A stretch of 64,000 nucleotides of DNA from Bacillales bacterium UBA7057 (GTDB taxonomy: Bacteria; Bacillota_I; Bacilli_A; RF39; UBA660). Position 1 is the stretch's first letter. Each line of letters opens with the position of its first letter. The notes beneath the pieces are model-generated. The model was not told the DNA's origin. It did no database searches and saw only the letters and a list, made by a program, of their open reading frames with translations. The translations under genes and the position numbers were made by a program. Location of the stretch: the NCBI GenBank assembly GCA_002493865.1, contig DLAC01000010.1, positions 31,017 through 95,016 of the forward strand, written 5' to 3'. Positions 47,927 to 58,183 of this stretch are shown here, piece by piece.

Positions 47927-48679
47927 ATGAGAAAGAGAAAAAAAAGTATGTTTCATAAGAATAAGAAATACGGGATATTATGGATGATTTTAGTCACTGG
48001 CTTTTTCATATTTGGTATTTTTTCTTTTTCTTTTTCATGGAGGGGCATATTTCAAGATTTTAGTGTTGCGATTGGCAAGTTTTTTACAGGACCTACTGTG
48101 AATTTAGAAAGATATGACCGTGATTTACTGGTTTCATTAAGAGAAGAAAACGCACAATTGCGAGATTTATTAGGTTATAAAGGTTCTCTTGCGAATTATG
48201 AAATGATTCCAGCGATGGTTGTTTATCGTACGTCTTCTTTTGAAGACACTTTAATCGTAGATCGTGGGAAAAAAGACGGAGTTGCGGTCAATATGGCAGT
48301 AGTGACCGAGAATGGTCTCATTGGAAAAGTAGAAGAAGTCTATTCAAAGTCTAGTTTAATTCATCTTTTGACAGATACAATGTATCCAATGAAAGTTTCT
48401 GTTTCCATTCATTCCAGTGGAGAAGAATTTCATGGTGTATTAGATGGATATGATTCTTCTTCCAATACTTTTTTAGTTACTAGTATAGAAAATGTTGAAA
48501 ATTTAGAACTTGGAAGCCGCGTGATTACAAATGGACTTGGCAATGTTTTTCCTAGTGGTATCGAGGTTGGCACGGTATCAGAAGTAACAACGGATGCCTT
48601 AGGAATTTCTTTGGTAGTAAAAGTAAAAACAAATGTGAATTTTAGGCATCTTGGGTATCTTTTTATTTTAGGAAAGTAG
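47927..48679 (+). CDS. mreC: rod shape-determining protein MreC
   Basis: 250 aa with an N-terminal TM helix, coiled coil (ENAQLRDLL) and C-terminal beta-barrel. radC-mreC-mreD synteny supports the call. Confidence 0.75.
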   Translation: MRKRKKSMFHKNKKYGILWMILVTGFFIFGIFSFSFSWRGIFQDFSVAIGKFFTGPTVNLERYDRDLLVSLREENAQLRDLLGYKGSLANYEMIPAMVVYRTSSFEDTLIVDRGKKDGVAVNMAVVTENGLIGKVEEVYSKSSLIHLLTDTMYPMKVSVSIHSSGEEFHGVLDGYDSSSNTFLVTSIENVENLELGSRVITNGLGNVFPSGIEVGTVSEVTTDALGISLVVKVKTNVNFRHLGYLFILGK

Positions 48680-48686
48680 GGAGAAT

Positions 48687-49136
48687 ATGATTTTATTTGG
48701 CGTTTTTTTAGATTGTATTTTTTCAAAAATTCTATCAGGAAACTATTTATATCCATGTTTTTCTCTTGTTTTTTCATGCTTTTCATATTTAAAAGAAAAG
48801 GATTTTGATTCTTTTCTTTTACGTGTTGGTATTCAGTGTTTTTTGGCATTTCTATTATTTAGGCAAAATTTCTTTTTCCATTATTCTTACTTTGTTTTAT
48901 TTTACACAATTCTTTTTAATTTCTTTTCAAAGCGTTTTACTCGAGTAGATCTTTTTATTTCTATGTTCTTTCTTTTGATTGGTTATTATATCTATGGAGA
49001 AATTCTTTACTTTTTATTACAAAGGCCACTGATCTTTTCTAGATGGCTTCAAATTCTTTTTGCTTCTTTACTATTTAATTTAGGAGTTACATTCCTTATT
49101 TCTTTATTTTTTGGTCTAACAAAGAATAAACGTTAG
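48687..49136 (+). CDS. mreD: rod shape-determining protein MreD
   Basis: 149-aa polytopic membrane protein immediately after mreC. Confidence 0.6.
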   Translation: MILFGVFLDCIFSKILSGNYLYPCFSLVFSCFSYLKEKDFDSFLLRVGIQCFLAFLLFRQNFFFHYSYFVLFYTILFNFFSKRFTRVDLFISMFFLLIGYYIYGEILYFLLQRPLIFSRWLQILFASLLFNLGVTFLISLFFGLTKNKR

Positions 49137-49150
49137 TATATATTAATAAG

Positions 49151-49795
49151 GTGAATGATATGGATGAATATAAATCAGTAGAGAAGTATTTGAATAAGCA
49201 AAAAAAGAAGCAAGTAAACAATGGATCTAAACGGATAGAAAATCCTGTTCGTTCTATGATTCTTGGTTTTATCAATCGCACTTTAATTTCAGGAATTTTT
49301 TTATTAAGTGTACTCTGCATGATTAAAATGAATCCAGATACAAAGAAACAAGTGTATCAAACTGTTTATGGGAGTAACTTTTCTTTTGCCTCCTTTCAGA
49401 AATGGTATCAAAAAAATTTCGGAAATCTATTTCCTAAAGAAATCACTAAAAAGATAGGGAATGATCAAATGGTATTTCAAGAGTCATTCGTTTATCAAAA
49501 AAAGGAAAATATTGAAAATGGTGTCCGTGTTTCTGTTGGTCAAGGATATTTAATGCCTGCCTTAGAAAGTGGTCTCGTTGTTTTTATGGGAGAAAAAGAG
49601 GGAGTTGGAGAAACGTTAATTATTCAACAAGTCAATGGTGTTGATGCATGGTATGTAGGACTTACTCCCAAAGATTTAAAACTTTATGATTATGTGGAAA
49701 AGGGAAGTCTTTTAGGGGAAGCACGTGAGAAAACATTGGATTTATATTTTCAAAAAGAAGGAGCATTTGTAGATTATCAAGACTATATTTCATAG
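49151..49795 (+). CDS. spoIVFA: stage IV sporulation protein FA-like (degenerate LytM/M23 domain)
   Basis: TM-anchored. C-terminal VVFMGEKEGVGETLIIQQVNGVDAWYVGL is M23-like without catalytic His residues. Sits between mreD and spoIVFB as in B. subtilis. Confidence 0.6.
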   Translation: MNDMDEYKSVEKYLNKQKKKQVNNGSKRIENPVRSMILGFINRTLISGIFLLSVLCMIKMNPDTKKQVYQTVYGSNFSFASFQKWYQKNFGNLFPKEITKKIGNDQMVFQESFVYQKKENIENGVRVSVGQGYLMPALESGLVVFMGEKEGVGETLIIQQVNGVDAWYVGLTPKDLKLYDYVEKGSLLGEAREKTLDLYFQKEGAFVDYQDYIS

Positions 49796-49829
49796 GATTT
49801 CTCTACATCCGTTATTTTATGTTTTTTTA

Positions 49830-50531
49830 ATGCTTTCTGCTCTCAGTGGAAATTTTAGAAAGATGGTATTATTCACTTCTTTAATTTTAGTACATGAATT
49901 AGGACATTTTTTAACTGCTTGTTTTTTTCATTGGAAAGTTGATAAAATTGTCCTTTATCCTTATGGTGGATGTAGTTATTTTGAAGTAGATGTCAATACT
50001 TCGATTTTAGAAGAATTTTTCGTGTTGATTATGGGTCCCATTTTTCAAATTATATTTACTTGTATTCTATTTTTCTTTTTAAGAGAAAGTGATGCTTCTT
50101 TTTTACTTCTTGTTAGTCAGTTATTATTATTTTTTAACTTTCTTCCCATTTATCCACTCGATGGTGGAAAACTATTTTTATTAATAATGAGTTTTTTCTT
50201 TTCTTATTATCAATCGTTAAAAATTACCTTTTATAGTAGTTTTTTCTTTTATTTTCTTCTTTTATTTATTGCTTTTTTATTTTATCAGTCTTTATTTTGG
50301 TTGCTTTTACTATTTACTTTATTTTTCCGTCTTTGGAAGGAACAGAAGAATGGAAATTATCTATATCAAAAGTTTTTATTGGAGAGATATTTGAATTCTT
50401 ACTCTTTTAGAAAGAAAAAAATAGTTACTTCGGTTTTTTCTATGAAGAAAGGATACTATCATTTATTTTTGGAGAATGGAGAATGTGTGAGGGAAGAGGA
50501 ATATTTAAAAAAATATTTTCTTCTTACCTAG
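49830..50531 (+). CDS. spoIVFB: SpoIVFB-type M50 site-2 protease
   Basis: HELGHFLTA (HExxH) and polytopic membrane topology. Paired with spoIVFA. Confidence 0.7.
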   Translation: MLSALSGNFRKMVLFTSLILVHELGHFLTACFFHWKVDKIVLYPYGGCSYFEVDVNTSILEEFFVLIMGPIFQIIFTCILFFFLRESDASFLLLVSQLLLFFNFLPIYPLDGGKLFLLIMSFFFSYYQSLKITFYSSFFFYFLLLFIAFLFYQSLFWLLLLFTLFFRLWKEQKNGNYLYQKFLLERYLNSYSFRKKKIVTSVFSMKKGYYHLFLENGECVREEEYLKKYFLLT

Positions 50532-50632
50532 ATTTATTTTATGGATTTGATATTGAATTTTTAAAAGAATGAAATCATTGCTTTTTTTCTTTAATTTCTC
50601 TATAATAAAAATAGAATAGATCGGGTGATGGA

Positions 50633-51361
50633 ATGAAAAAGCTAAACGAAAAAGGGTTTGCGGTTGCAGTAATTTTGTATGCTTCGGCAACGATATTAGT
50701 TCTTGTTTTAATTTTAATTCTTTCGGTTCTATCAACAAGTAGTAGAAATACTTCTAATTTAGTAGATATGGTGAAAGAACAAGTCAGTGGTGTGACAGGG
50801 GATGCATTTCAACTTTATAACTTAATCACAAATGGTGGATTTGAAAATAACGGAATTTCTTGGTCTACCTCTACTTCTGAGATTACCAATAGTCTTACCA
50901 ATCAATTGGACCCATCTATTTTTCATTCTGGGAAGCAAAGTTTAAAGGTATCTCCCAATGGATGGCAGTGGCAGAGTCTAAAAAATGTAAATACCAATGA
51001 TAAAATTTATGTAGGGTCTTTTGTTTATATGGAGGAAGTAAAATCGGGAGGATTGGATATTTCTATTGTAAATCAAAAAGGTTCTTCTCTTCCTGTATTA
51101 GCGGGTGGTTATGGAATTTCCTATCGGACGGATGGATTTGAACATCGAGGAGTGATTGTCCAAGCAACTTCTACAGAATTATTTGTTCAAGTAGGTGCTT
51201 CCAATGCTTCTAATATTTCTGCTTATGTAGATGATGTGGTTGCCATTAATCTAACAAAAATTTTTGGTGAAGGTAAGGAACCATCGCTAGAGTGGTGTAA
51301 TGAGAATATTAAATATTTTAATGGAGTTACTACAATTACAAATTATGATGAATCTGAATAA
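50633..51361 (+). CDS. membrane-anchored protein with CBM_4_9-like carbohydrate-binding module
   Basis: N-terminal hydrophobic anchor (pilin-like but lacking Glu+5). C-terminal NGGFENNGISW...GKQSLKV...YVGSFVYMEE fits the CBM4/9 beta-sandwich. Confidence 0.45.
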   Translation: MKKLNEKGFAVAVILYASATILVLVLILILSVLSTSSRNTSNLVDMVKEQVSGVTGDAFQLYNLITNGGFENNGISWSTSTSEITNSLTNQLDPSIFHSGKQSLKVSPNGWQWQSLKNVNTNDKIYVGSFVYMEEVKSGGLDISIVNQKGSSLPVLAGGYGISYRTDGFEHRGVIVQATSTELFVQVGASNASNISAYVDDVVAINLTKIFGEGKEPSLEWCNENIKYFNGVTTITNYDESE

Positions 51362-51407
51362 GAATCTCTATTTCGTATCACAATGAATACGAAAGGAGAT
51401 TTTTTTT

Positions 51408-52184
51408 ATGGCACGCCACAAAGTTGAAATCAGTGGTGTGAATACAGCGAATATGAAAGTTTTAAGTAGTGAGGAAACAGAAGCTTTATTTTTAAAAATG
51501 AAGGAAGGGGATCGGGATGCCAGAGATGCTTTAATTGAAGGAAATCTGAAATTGGTACTTAGTATTTTAAAAAGGTTTCATCATAGGGACGAAAATATGG
51601 ATGACTTATTTCAAGTCGGCAGTTTTGGATTAATTAAAGCCATTGATAATTTTGACTTAAGTCATGGAGTGAAACTTTCTACCTATGCAGTTCCCATGAT
51701 TCTTGGTGAAATAAAAAGATATTTGCGAGATAATAACAGTATACGAGTCAGTCGTTCGATTAAGGATCTTGCCTATAATGTCATGAAAGAAAAAGAAAAA
51801 ATCACTTTAGAAAAGGGAAGAGAAGCAACCATTGATGAGATTTCAGAGGTTCTTCATGAAGATCCAATTGATATAGTAGTTGCTTTAGATTCTATGAGAA
51901 GTCCTGTGAGTATTTTTGAGCCTATTTATAGTGATGGTGGAGATACGATTTATTTATGTGATCAAATTGAAGACCAAAGGCTACGTAAAAAGGACATTGA
52001 TATTAATATTGCGCTAGATGATGCGATTCAAGATTTGGAGGCTAGAGAAAAATATATCATTGATCAAAGATATATCATTGGGAAAACACAAATGGAAATT
52101 GCGAATGAATTAGGTATTAGCCAGGCACAAATTTCAAGATTAGAAAAAAATGCTATCAAAACGTTAAAAAAGGTGCTAAGATAA
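51408..52184 (+). CDS. sigG: sporulation sigma factor SigG
   Basis: Near-colinear with B. subtilis SigG (KVEISGVNT..., DLFQVGSFGLIKAIDNFDLSHGVKLSTYAVPMILGEIKRYLRDNNSIRVSRS, GISQAQISRLEK). Followed by a ylmC-like gene. Confidence 0.8.
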   Translation: MARHKVEISGVNTANMKVLSSEETEALFLKMKEGDRDARDALIEGNLKLVLSILKRFHHRDENMDDLFQVGSFGLIKAIDNFDLSHGVKLSTYAVPMILGEIKRYLRDNNSIRVSRSIKDLAYNVMKEKEKITLEKGREATIDEISEVLHEDPIDIVVALDSMRSPVSIFEPIYSDGGDTIYLCDQIEDQRLRKKDIDINIALDDAIQDLEAREKYIIDQRYIIGKTQMEIANELGISQAQISRLEKNAIKTLKKVLR

Positions 52185-52199
52185 GTATAGGTGGTTTAG

Positions 52200-52772
52200 T
52201 TGAAAGCAGTAGAAGAATACACGTTAGATGAAATTAACGAAATCGAAGATTTGGAACTTAGAACTCATCTTCAAAAAATTTATCACGAAAAAAGATTAGA
52301 ACTTGGGGATACTCCATTTTCAAAAAGGGTGATTCAAAGTTATCCAAACTGTTCTATTTTAGATTTAGAATCAATTCTCCGTAGTGCATATTTTGAACAT
52401 ACGTCTTTCTATAATTTTCCCAATAAGCAAGTGTATTTTTATCCGACGGTTCGGGAACAAAAATGTGAATGTGATACAACCTGTGCTTTTTCCGGAGGAA
52501 AGATTCAAAGGGGATGTCTTTATTATTGTTATCGTCCTTTATTGGATGTGGTGGATTCAGGAAGAACTTATGTATTAAGTAAAACATTGAAGCTTGAAAC
52601 GATGTATTTTTCGGATTTACCAACAACGATACAAGAGTTTGATGTTTTTACTCAAAAGGTCGAAAATTATTGGAATTATCAGAACGAACACTTAGATTAT
52701 GAATGCTTAAATTATTACTTTGGTGGTACCGTTCGTTTATTAGAATTAAAAAAGGGTAGGAGGAAAGTATGA
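52200..52772 (+). CDS. hypothetical Cys-rich protein
   Basis: TTG start. Contains CECDTTCAFSGGKIQRGCLYYCY. No assignable domain. Confidence 0.4.
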   Translation: MKAVEEYTLDEINEIEDLELRTHLQKIYHEKRLELGDTPFSKRVIQSYPNCSILDLESILRSAYFEHTSFYNFPNKQVYFYPTVREQKCECDTTCAFSGGKIQRGCLYYCYRPLLDVVDSGRTYVLSKTLKLETMYFSDLPTTIQEFDVFTQKVENYWNYQNEHLDYECLNYYFGGTVRLLELKKGRRKV

Positions 52773-53032
52773 GACATAGTTTTAAGCCTATGGGTGTTTG
52801 TTCTAGAAACATTACATTTGAAGTGAGAAATGGAAAAGTATATGATATTCAGTTTGAAGGTGGATGTCCTGGAAATTTGAAGATGATTTCCAAAATACTA
52901 GATGGATGGAAAATAGAAGATATTATTTCTATGTGTGAGGGAAATCTTTGTGGAAGTAAAAATACTTCTTGTGCAGATCAACTCGCAACAGGGTTAAAAC
53001 AAGTATTAGAAGAGGAGAAGCAACTGAGTTAG
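52769..53032 (+). CDS. TSCPD-domain protein
   Basis: 87 aa with conserved GGCPGN and Cys pairs typical of the TSCPD domain. Confidence 0.55.
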   Translation: MRHSFKPMGVCSRNITFEVRNGKVYDIQFEGGCPGNLKMISKILDGWKIEDIISMCEGNLCGSKNTSCADQLATGLKQVLEEEKQLS

Positions 53033-53077
53033 GTTGTTTCCTTCTTTTTTAATGTTAAAAAACATATATTTTATTAG

Positions 53078-53317
53078 GTGATTTCTATGCTACTATCAGA
53101 TTTACAAAGAAAAGATATTGTCAATGTAATTGATGGGAGAAATGTAGGAAATATTATTGATGTCAAAGTCGATGATGCAACAGGGATGATTGTTTCTTTG
53201 GTGATAGAACCGAATAAAAGTTTTTTTTCATTTTTAAATCGAGGAGATGATACAGAAGTCCCTTGGAAAAGTATTACGAAAATAGGAGAAGATGTGATTT
53301 TGGTAAAACTAGGATGA
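53078..53317 (+). CDS. ylmC: YlmC/YmxH-family sporulation protein (PRC barrel)
   Basis: 79 aa. LSDLQRKDIVNVIDGRNVGNIIDVKVD is the family hallmark. Follows sigG as in B. subtilis. Confidence 0.75.
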   Translation: MISMLLSDLQRKDIVNVIDGRNVGNIIDVKVDDATGMIVSLVIEPNKSFFSFLNRGDDTEVPWKSITKIGEDVILVKLG

Positions 53318-53341
53318 CAGAATCCTATTGAAATTAAATAA

Positions 53342-54718
53342 TTATTTCAAAATATATAAGGAATTCTTTTGATCTTTTAGTTTTAATTGATACTTTGGAT
53401 TTTTTCTTAGATACGATTCTATTTTCGTATGGTTTTTTACGAGAAAAGTATCCAATGGATAGTGATCTAATAATTGCTGATTTTTTCCTTGTTCAATTTC
53501 GCAAACATCACATAGAATGGTATCAATATAAAGATCAGCTCTACCGTCGATAAATACTGGAATTTCTTTATAGATTAGGTAACCTCCAAGTTCATAAGAA
53601 TTATAAAGTGTGTGATTTTCATTTTTTAGGTAGAAAATCATTTCTTCTGAAACAAGATTAAATTCTGGCTTTTGATAAATGGTTAAATAGAAACTAGGAA
53701 TGGTAAGTAAAAGAAAGATGAAAATTGGTAGGAGTTGTACTTTTCTTTTTTCTTCTTTCCAATACCTTGGAATAATGGAGGTTGCAACAATAAAGAAGTA
53801 GGGCATAAACCTAGTGGATTTCACTCCTAAAATCATAAATAAAAATAAAAGAGTGATATCTATTACTTGATATTTTTTCTTAGAACGAAGGATAGTAATC
53901 AAAATTCCCAACATGAAAAGGGAGTAAAATATGCCATCGATCCTAGTAAGTGAAAGATGTTGCCATTCTTCAATACATTGAATCATTCCTTGATAAGTCA
54001 TATTTAAGTATGGATAAAAAAGCATCTTGATTCCATGGGGATTGATACCAATACAAAAAATAGAAGTGAAAAAAGCATAGAAATATTTTCTTTGTTTTTC
54101 TTTTGCTCTTTCTTTTTTATTCTTTGTGATTGGTAGAATACTAAAAATTAAAAATGTACCATAAACAATATAGCTTAAATTGCTGCTTCCTCCGTGGAAA
54201 TTACTCCAAAGTAAAGATATCAGTGGAGCCCAATAGATTTTTTTGCTTTTTTCATTTTGAAAGGTATCATAAGCAAAGTAAATCGTAAGGGCAAATAGAA
54301 AATAACTTATTAAATGAGGCCTAGGTAATGTTTTATTGGCAAATACCAGCATTCCAAGAGTAGCCCAAAGGATGGCATTTAATGGGTGTTCAGTAAATAT
54401 TTTTTCATTTTGTTTCCATAGAATGATTGAAATAAGCACTAACATGAATAATACATAAAGGAAAACGCCAGGTTCTTTTCCTATACGGAAGAATTGGTAA
54501 ATTAAAACTTCAAATAACCATTCGTGAGAAATCCATGGAAGATGGTTTTTCGTTCCATACCATGAAAAAATGTCGGTCAATGGAATTTTTTTATGAATAC
54601 TTATATATTCTCCTACCTTGAGATGCCAGAAGAAGTCACTACCAAATGAAAATAGAAAAATACTGATTGAAATTAAGATGATAAAAATAAATAGAAGAAT
54701 TTTCTTTTCTTTTTTCAT
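53342..54718 (-). CDS. polytopic membrane protein, possibly GT-C-fold glycosyltransferase
   Basis: 458 aa with at least 10 predicted TM helices and a C-terminal soluble domain. Assignment is tentative. Confidence 0.45.
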   Translation of the reverse strand: MKKEKKILLFIFIILISISIFLFSFGSDFFWHLKVGEYISIHKKIPLTDIFSWYGTKNHLPWISHEWLFEVLIYQFFRIGKEPGVFLYVLFMLVLISIILWKQNEKIFTEHPLNAILWATLGMLVFANKTLPRPHLISYFLFALTIYFAYDTFQNEKSKKIYWAPLISLLWSNFHGGSSNLSYIVYGTFLIFSILPITKNKKERAKEKQRKYFYAFFTSIFCIGINPHGIKMLFYPYLNMTYQGMIQCIEEWQHLSLTRIDGIFYSLFMLGILITILRSKKKYQVIDITLLFLFMILGVKSTRFMPYFFIVATSIIPRYWKEEKRKVQLLPIFIFLLLTIPSFYLTIYQKPEFNLVSEEMIFYLKNENHTLYNSYELGGYLIYKEIPVFIDGRADLYIDTILCDVCEIEQGKNQQLLDHYPLDTFLVKNHTKIESYLRKNPKYQLKLKDQKNSLYILK

Positions 54719-54819
54719 GGCTCTCTTTTCCTTTCTAAATTTATTTTATCATTTTTATATTCAATAGAGAATAGTTTCTAACCTATCTATGATATACTTA
54801 TAGAAATTGAGGTGTATCT

Positions 54820-57060
54820 ATGAAAAAGGAATTACTGGCTCCTGTTGGAGATTTTGAAACATTAAAACAAGCAGTTCATCATGGAGCGGATGCTGTTTAT
54901 TTAGGTGGAAAAAAGTTTGGGGCTCGGAAATTTGCTTCTAATTTTAATGAAGAGGAAATGATTCAGGCTATTTCTTATTGCCATTTATATGGAGTTAAAA
55001 TTTATGTAACCGTGAATACTATGATTTATGAAGATGAATTAGAAGAAGTCATGGAATTTGTTTCTTTTTTACACCATCATTTTGTAGATGCAGTAATTGT
55101 TCAAGATTTAGGACTCATTCGTCTCCTTAGAAAGAAGTTTCCTAATTTGGAAATTCATGCGTCAACACAACTACATAATCATAATGGGGAGGGATTACGG
55201 CTTTTAGAAGAATTAGGAGTCAAAAGAGTTGTAGTAGCAAGAGAATTAAGCTTAAAGGAAATTGAATCACTGGATACAACGATGGAAATTGAATGTTTTA
55301 TTCATGGGGCCCTTTGTGTATGTTATTCGGGACAATGTTTGTTTAGTAGTTTATTACTATCACGGAGTGGAAATCGAGGTGCTTGTGCAGGGATTTGTAG
55401 ACTTCCTTTTCAGTTATTAGAAGATGGAAAAGAGGTTTTAACAGAAGGAAATTATTTATTAAGTCCTAGAGAATTAAATAGTATGAATCATATTTCTGAG
55501 TTGATGGAATCAAAAGTTACAAGTTTTAAGATTGAAGGAAGAATGAAAGCACCTTCGACGATTGGATTTATTGTTGCTTTATATCGGAAACTTATGGATG
55601 GATATGAGAAAAATCAGCCATACTTATTAACAGAGGAAGATCAGAAGAGTTTACTCAGTCTTTTTAATCGAGAATTTACAGATGGATTTTTATTTTCTTC
55701 CTCATTTAACAATTTAATGAATATCAAAAGCCCTAACCATATCGGATATGAAATTGGAAAAGTGGTTTCTGTATCGAATTCAAAAATTGAAATTGCTTTA
55801 AAGGATGAATTAACACAAGAAGATGGAATCCGTTTTTTAGAATCTTCTTCTGGAATGATTGTGAATTATTTGTATAATTCTTCTTTGAAATTCATCCATT
55901 CCGCTTCTAGAGGAGAACGTATTTTTGTTGATTCTAAGGTTTCAGCAAAAGTTGGAGATACAGTAATGAAGACTTTGGATACAAAACTTTTAGAAAAGTT
56001 AGAACAGTATCCGGAAAAAAAGGTTCCAATCGAAATGAAAGTAATCGCTCATTATCCAAATGCTTTTGTTTTAACTGTAACGGATTTTGATCATCAGGTC
56101 CGAAAAGAAGGGAACTTTTTATCACTTGCTACAAACAATCCTACAACAAAGGAACGAGTAATTTCACAACTCCAAAAAACAGGAAATACTCCATTTATTG
56201 TTTCTAAAATTACAGTAGAAATGGATGATCATTTGTTCTTGCCAATTTCCTCTTTAAATGAAATTCGTAGAGATGCATTAGAAGAACTTTCCTTGATACG
56301 AAGAATGGAATCTAAAAAAGAAGTGATAGAAACACATTATGAAGAGAAAATTGTTCCCAAAAAAATCACTTCTAAGATTACCTATACTGCACTTGTTCGG
56401 AATCGAGAACAATTAGATGCTTGTAGAAAAGCAGGAATTGAAGAGTTTTATACCCCAGACTTTTCTTTATATCAAGAATTTAAAAACTTGATTCCTATTT
56501 ACTACCGATTAGATCGTGTCATGATGAATCATCCATCATTATCCAAGGAACGTTTATTAATTGGAGAACTCGGTTCGGTTTATTCTTATGCAACAGAAAA
56601 TGAAGTAGTGAGTGATTATTACTTAAACGTAGGCAATCATTCTATGATTCAATTTCTATTAGAACATGGGGTAAAGCGAGTAACGTTATCCGTTGAATGC
56701 TCGAAAGAGCAAATAGAAACACTCCTAAAAAAACAAATTTCCTTTCCAGAGATTGAAATGATTTTATATGGACATATAGAAGCGATGATTACAAAGTATT
56801 GTCCACTGTCGTTGGTATTCAAAAAAGAACAAGGCGCTTGTAACATTTGTAGAAGTGGAAAGACTTATGCTTTCAAAGATAGAAATGGTGCCATTTATCC
56901 AATGATTCAATCGAAGGAACTGACTCATATTTTTTACCATACACCAATCAAACACGACTTAGACAACTATACCTCTATTGGAATCACGCATTTTCGCTTT
57001 GAGTTTTTAAATGAAACGAAAGATGAGATTTTATCAATTGTAAAAAAACTTATAAAGTGA
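54820..57060 (+). CDS. peptidase U32 family protein (long form)
   Basis: N-terminal U32 TIM-barrel motifs (ELLAPVGDFETLKQAVHHGADAVYLGG, E.FIHGALCVCYSGQCLFS) and a C-terminal U32 extension. Confidence 0.8.
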   Translation: MKKELLAPVGDFETLKQAVHHGADAVYLGGKKFGARKFASNFNEEEMIQAISYCHLYGVKIYVTVNTMIYEDELEEVMEFVSFLHHHFVDAVIVQDLGLIRLLRKKFPNLEIHASTQLHNHNGEGLRLLEELGVKRVVVARELSLKEIESLDTTMEIECFIHGALCVCYSGQCLFSSLLLSRSGNRGACAGICRLPFQLLEDGKEVLTEGNYLLSPRELNSMNHISELMESKVTSFKIEGRMKAPSTIGFIVALYRKLMDGYEKNQPYLLTEEDQKSLLSLFNREFTDGFLFSSSFNNLMNIKSPNHIGYEIGKVVSVSNSKIEIALKDELTQEDGIRFLESSSGMIVNYLYNSSLKFIHSASRGERIFVDSKVSAKVGDTVMKTLDTKLLEKLEQYPEKKVPIEMKVIAHYPNAFVLTVTDFDHQVRKEGNFLSLATNNPTTKERVISQLQKTGNTPFIVSKITVEMDDHLFLPISSLNEIRRDALEELSLIRRMESKKEVIETHYEEKIVPKKITSKITYTALVRNREQLDACRKAGIEEFYTPDFSLYQEFKNLIPIYYRLDRVMMNHPSLSKERLLIGELGSVYSYATENEVVSDYYLNVGNHSMIQFLLEHGVKRVTLSVECSKEQIETLLKKQISFPEIEMILYGHIEAMITKYCPLSLVFKKEQGACNICRSGKTYAFKDRNGAIYPMIQSKELTHIFYHTPIKHDLDNYTSIGITHFRFEFLNETKDEILSIVKKLIK

Positions 57061-57091
57061 CTTTAGATATTTTAAAATCTGTGTTAGAATA

Positions 57092-57655
57092 ATGATAAGG
57101 ATAGGTGATTTTATGTTGAAAAAGAAACCAGAACAAACGGTAGAGAAAGTGAATCTTTTCTCTAACTATGTCAAATTATTTATACTGTTTGCAGTAACTG
57201 TTTTTGCCGTATTGTTTATTCGGAACCTGTATTTGAAAAAACAAAATTATAAGTTAAATATTCCAGTCATCAGTGAGACTATTCAGCAAGAAATTAATCG
57301 AAATGAAATCTATAATTATGTACGAGAATATCCCAATGCTTTGATTTATGTTGGCGCAGTGGGGGATTCAGATTGCCGGACATTTGAAATTGATTTTAAC
57401 CAAATTATTAAGAAGAATCAATTAGAAGAAGAAGTCACTTACTTAAACTTGGAGGAAGAGAGAGGAATCAAAAAATTCTTCCAAGAATTTAATAAATTTT
57501 ATGGTAGTTCACTAGAAAAATATCCGTCAATTATTGCATTTAAGGATGGAAAGGTCGCAGAGATTCTAGAAGTTCCTGTTGGTAGTCAGTATTCTAGTTC
57601 TATTGTTCAAGAATTTTTAGACCGTAATCCAGTAGAACAGGTGGAAAATCAATGA
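57092..57655 (+). CDS. membrane-anchored hypothetical protein (possible thioredoxin-like fold)
   Basis: N-terminal TM helix. C-terminal domain of unknown function. Confidence 0.4.
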   Translation: MIRIGDFMLKKKPEQTVEKVNLFSNYVKLFILFAVTVFAVLFIRNLYLKKQNYKLNIPVISETIQQEINRNEIYNYVREYPNALIYVGAVGDSDCRTFEIDFNQIIKKNQLEEEVTYLNLEEERGIKKFFQEFNKFYGSSLEKYPSIIAFKDGKVAEILEVPVGSQYSSSIVQEFLDRNPVEQVENQ

Positions 57656-58158
57656 TTCATGTAGTTTTATATCAACCAGAAATTCCACAGAATACAGGAA
57701 ATATTATGCGTACCTGTGTCGCTACGGGCGCAAAGCTTCATTTAATTGAACCGTTGGGTTTTAAAGTTGATGATGCCCACTTAAAAAGAAGTGGTGTAAA
57801 TTATATTGATAAGTTAGAATACTTTTTATACCCAGATTGGGAAGAATTTAAAAAGAAAAATCCAGGTGACTATTATTACTTTACACGCTATGGCCATAAG
57901 CCTCATACTAGTTTTGATTATAGCAATACTGAAAAGGATATCTATTTAATCTTTGGAAAAGAATCCACAGGGATTCCTAAAGAAATTTTAAAAGAAGATT
58001 TAGATCATTGTATGAGAATTCCAATGACGGCGAATGTTCGTGCATTAAACTTATCTAATTGTGTAGCCATTTGTGTTTATGAAGTATTAAGGCAGCAAGG
58101 TTATCAGACTTTGTTATTCGAAGAACCTCATAAAGGAAAAGATTATTTAGAAAGATAA
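57652..58158 (+). CDS. trmL: tRNA (cytidine/uridine-2'-O)-methyltransferase TrmL (SpoU class)
   Basis: 168 aa SPOUT fold (VVLYQPEIPQNTGNIMRTC...; C-terminal NLSNCVAICVYE). Confidence 0.8.
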   Translation: MIHVVLYQPEIPQNTGNIMRTCVATGAKLHLIEPLGFKVDDAHLKRSGVNYIDKLEYFLYPDWEEFKKKNPGDYYYFTRYGHKPHTSFDYSNTEKDIYLIFGKESTGIPKEILKEDLDHCMRIPMTANVRALNLSNCVAICVYEVLRQQGYQTLLFEEPHKGKDYLER

Positions 58159-58183
58159 AAGAGACTTCTTGTATAGTCTCTTT

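Noticed and set aside
50633-50720. Type IV pilin/pseudopilin prepeptide in the 50633..51361 protein
   Set aside because: The G-F(+1) context is weak (KGFAVAV) and Glu+5 is absent, so it is treated as a plain N-terminal membrane anchor.
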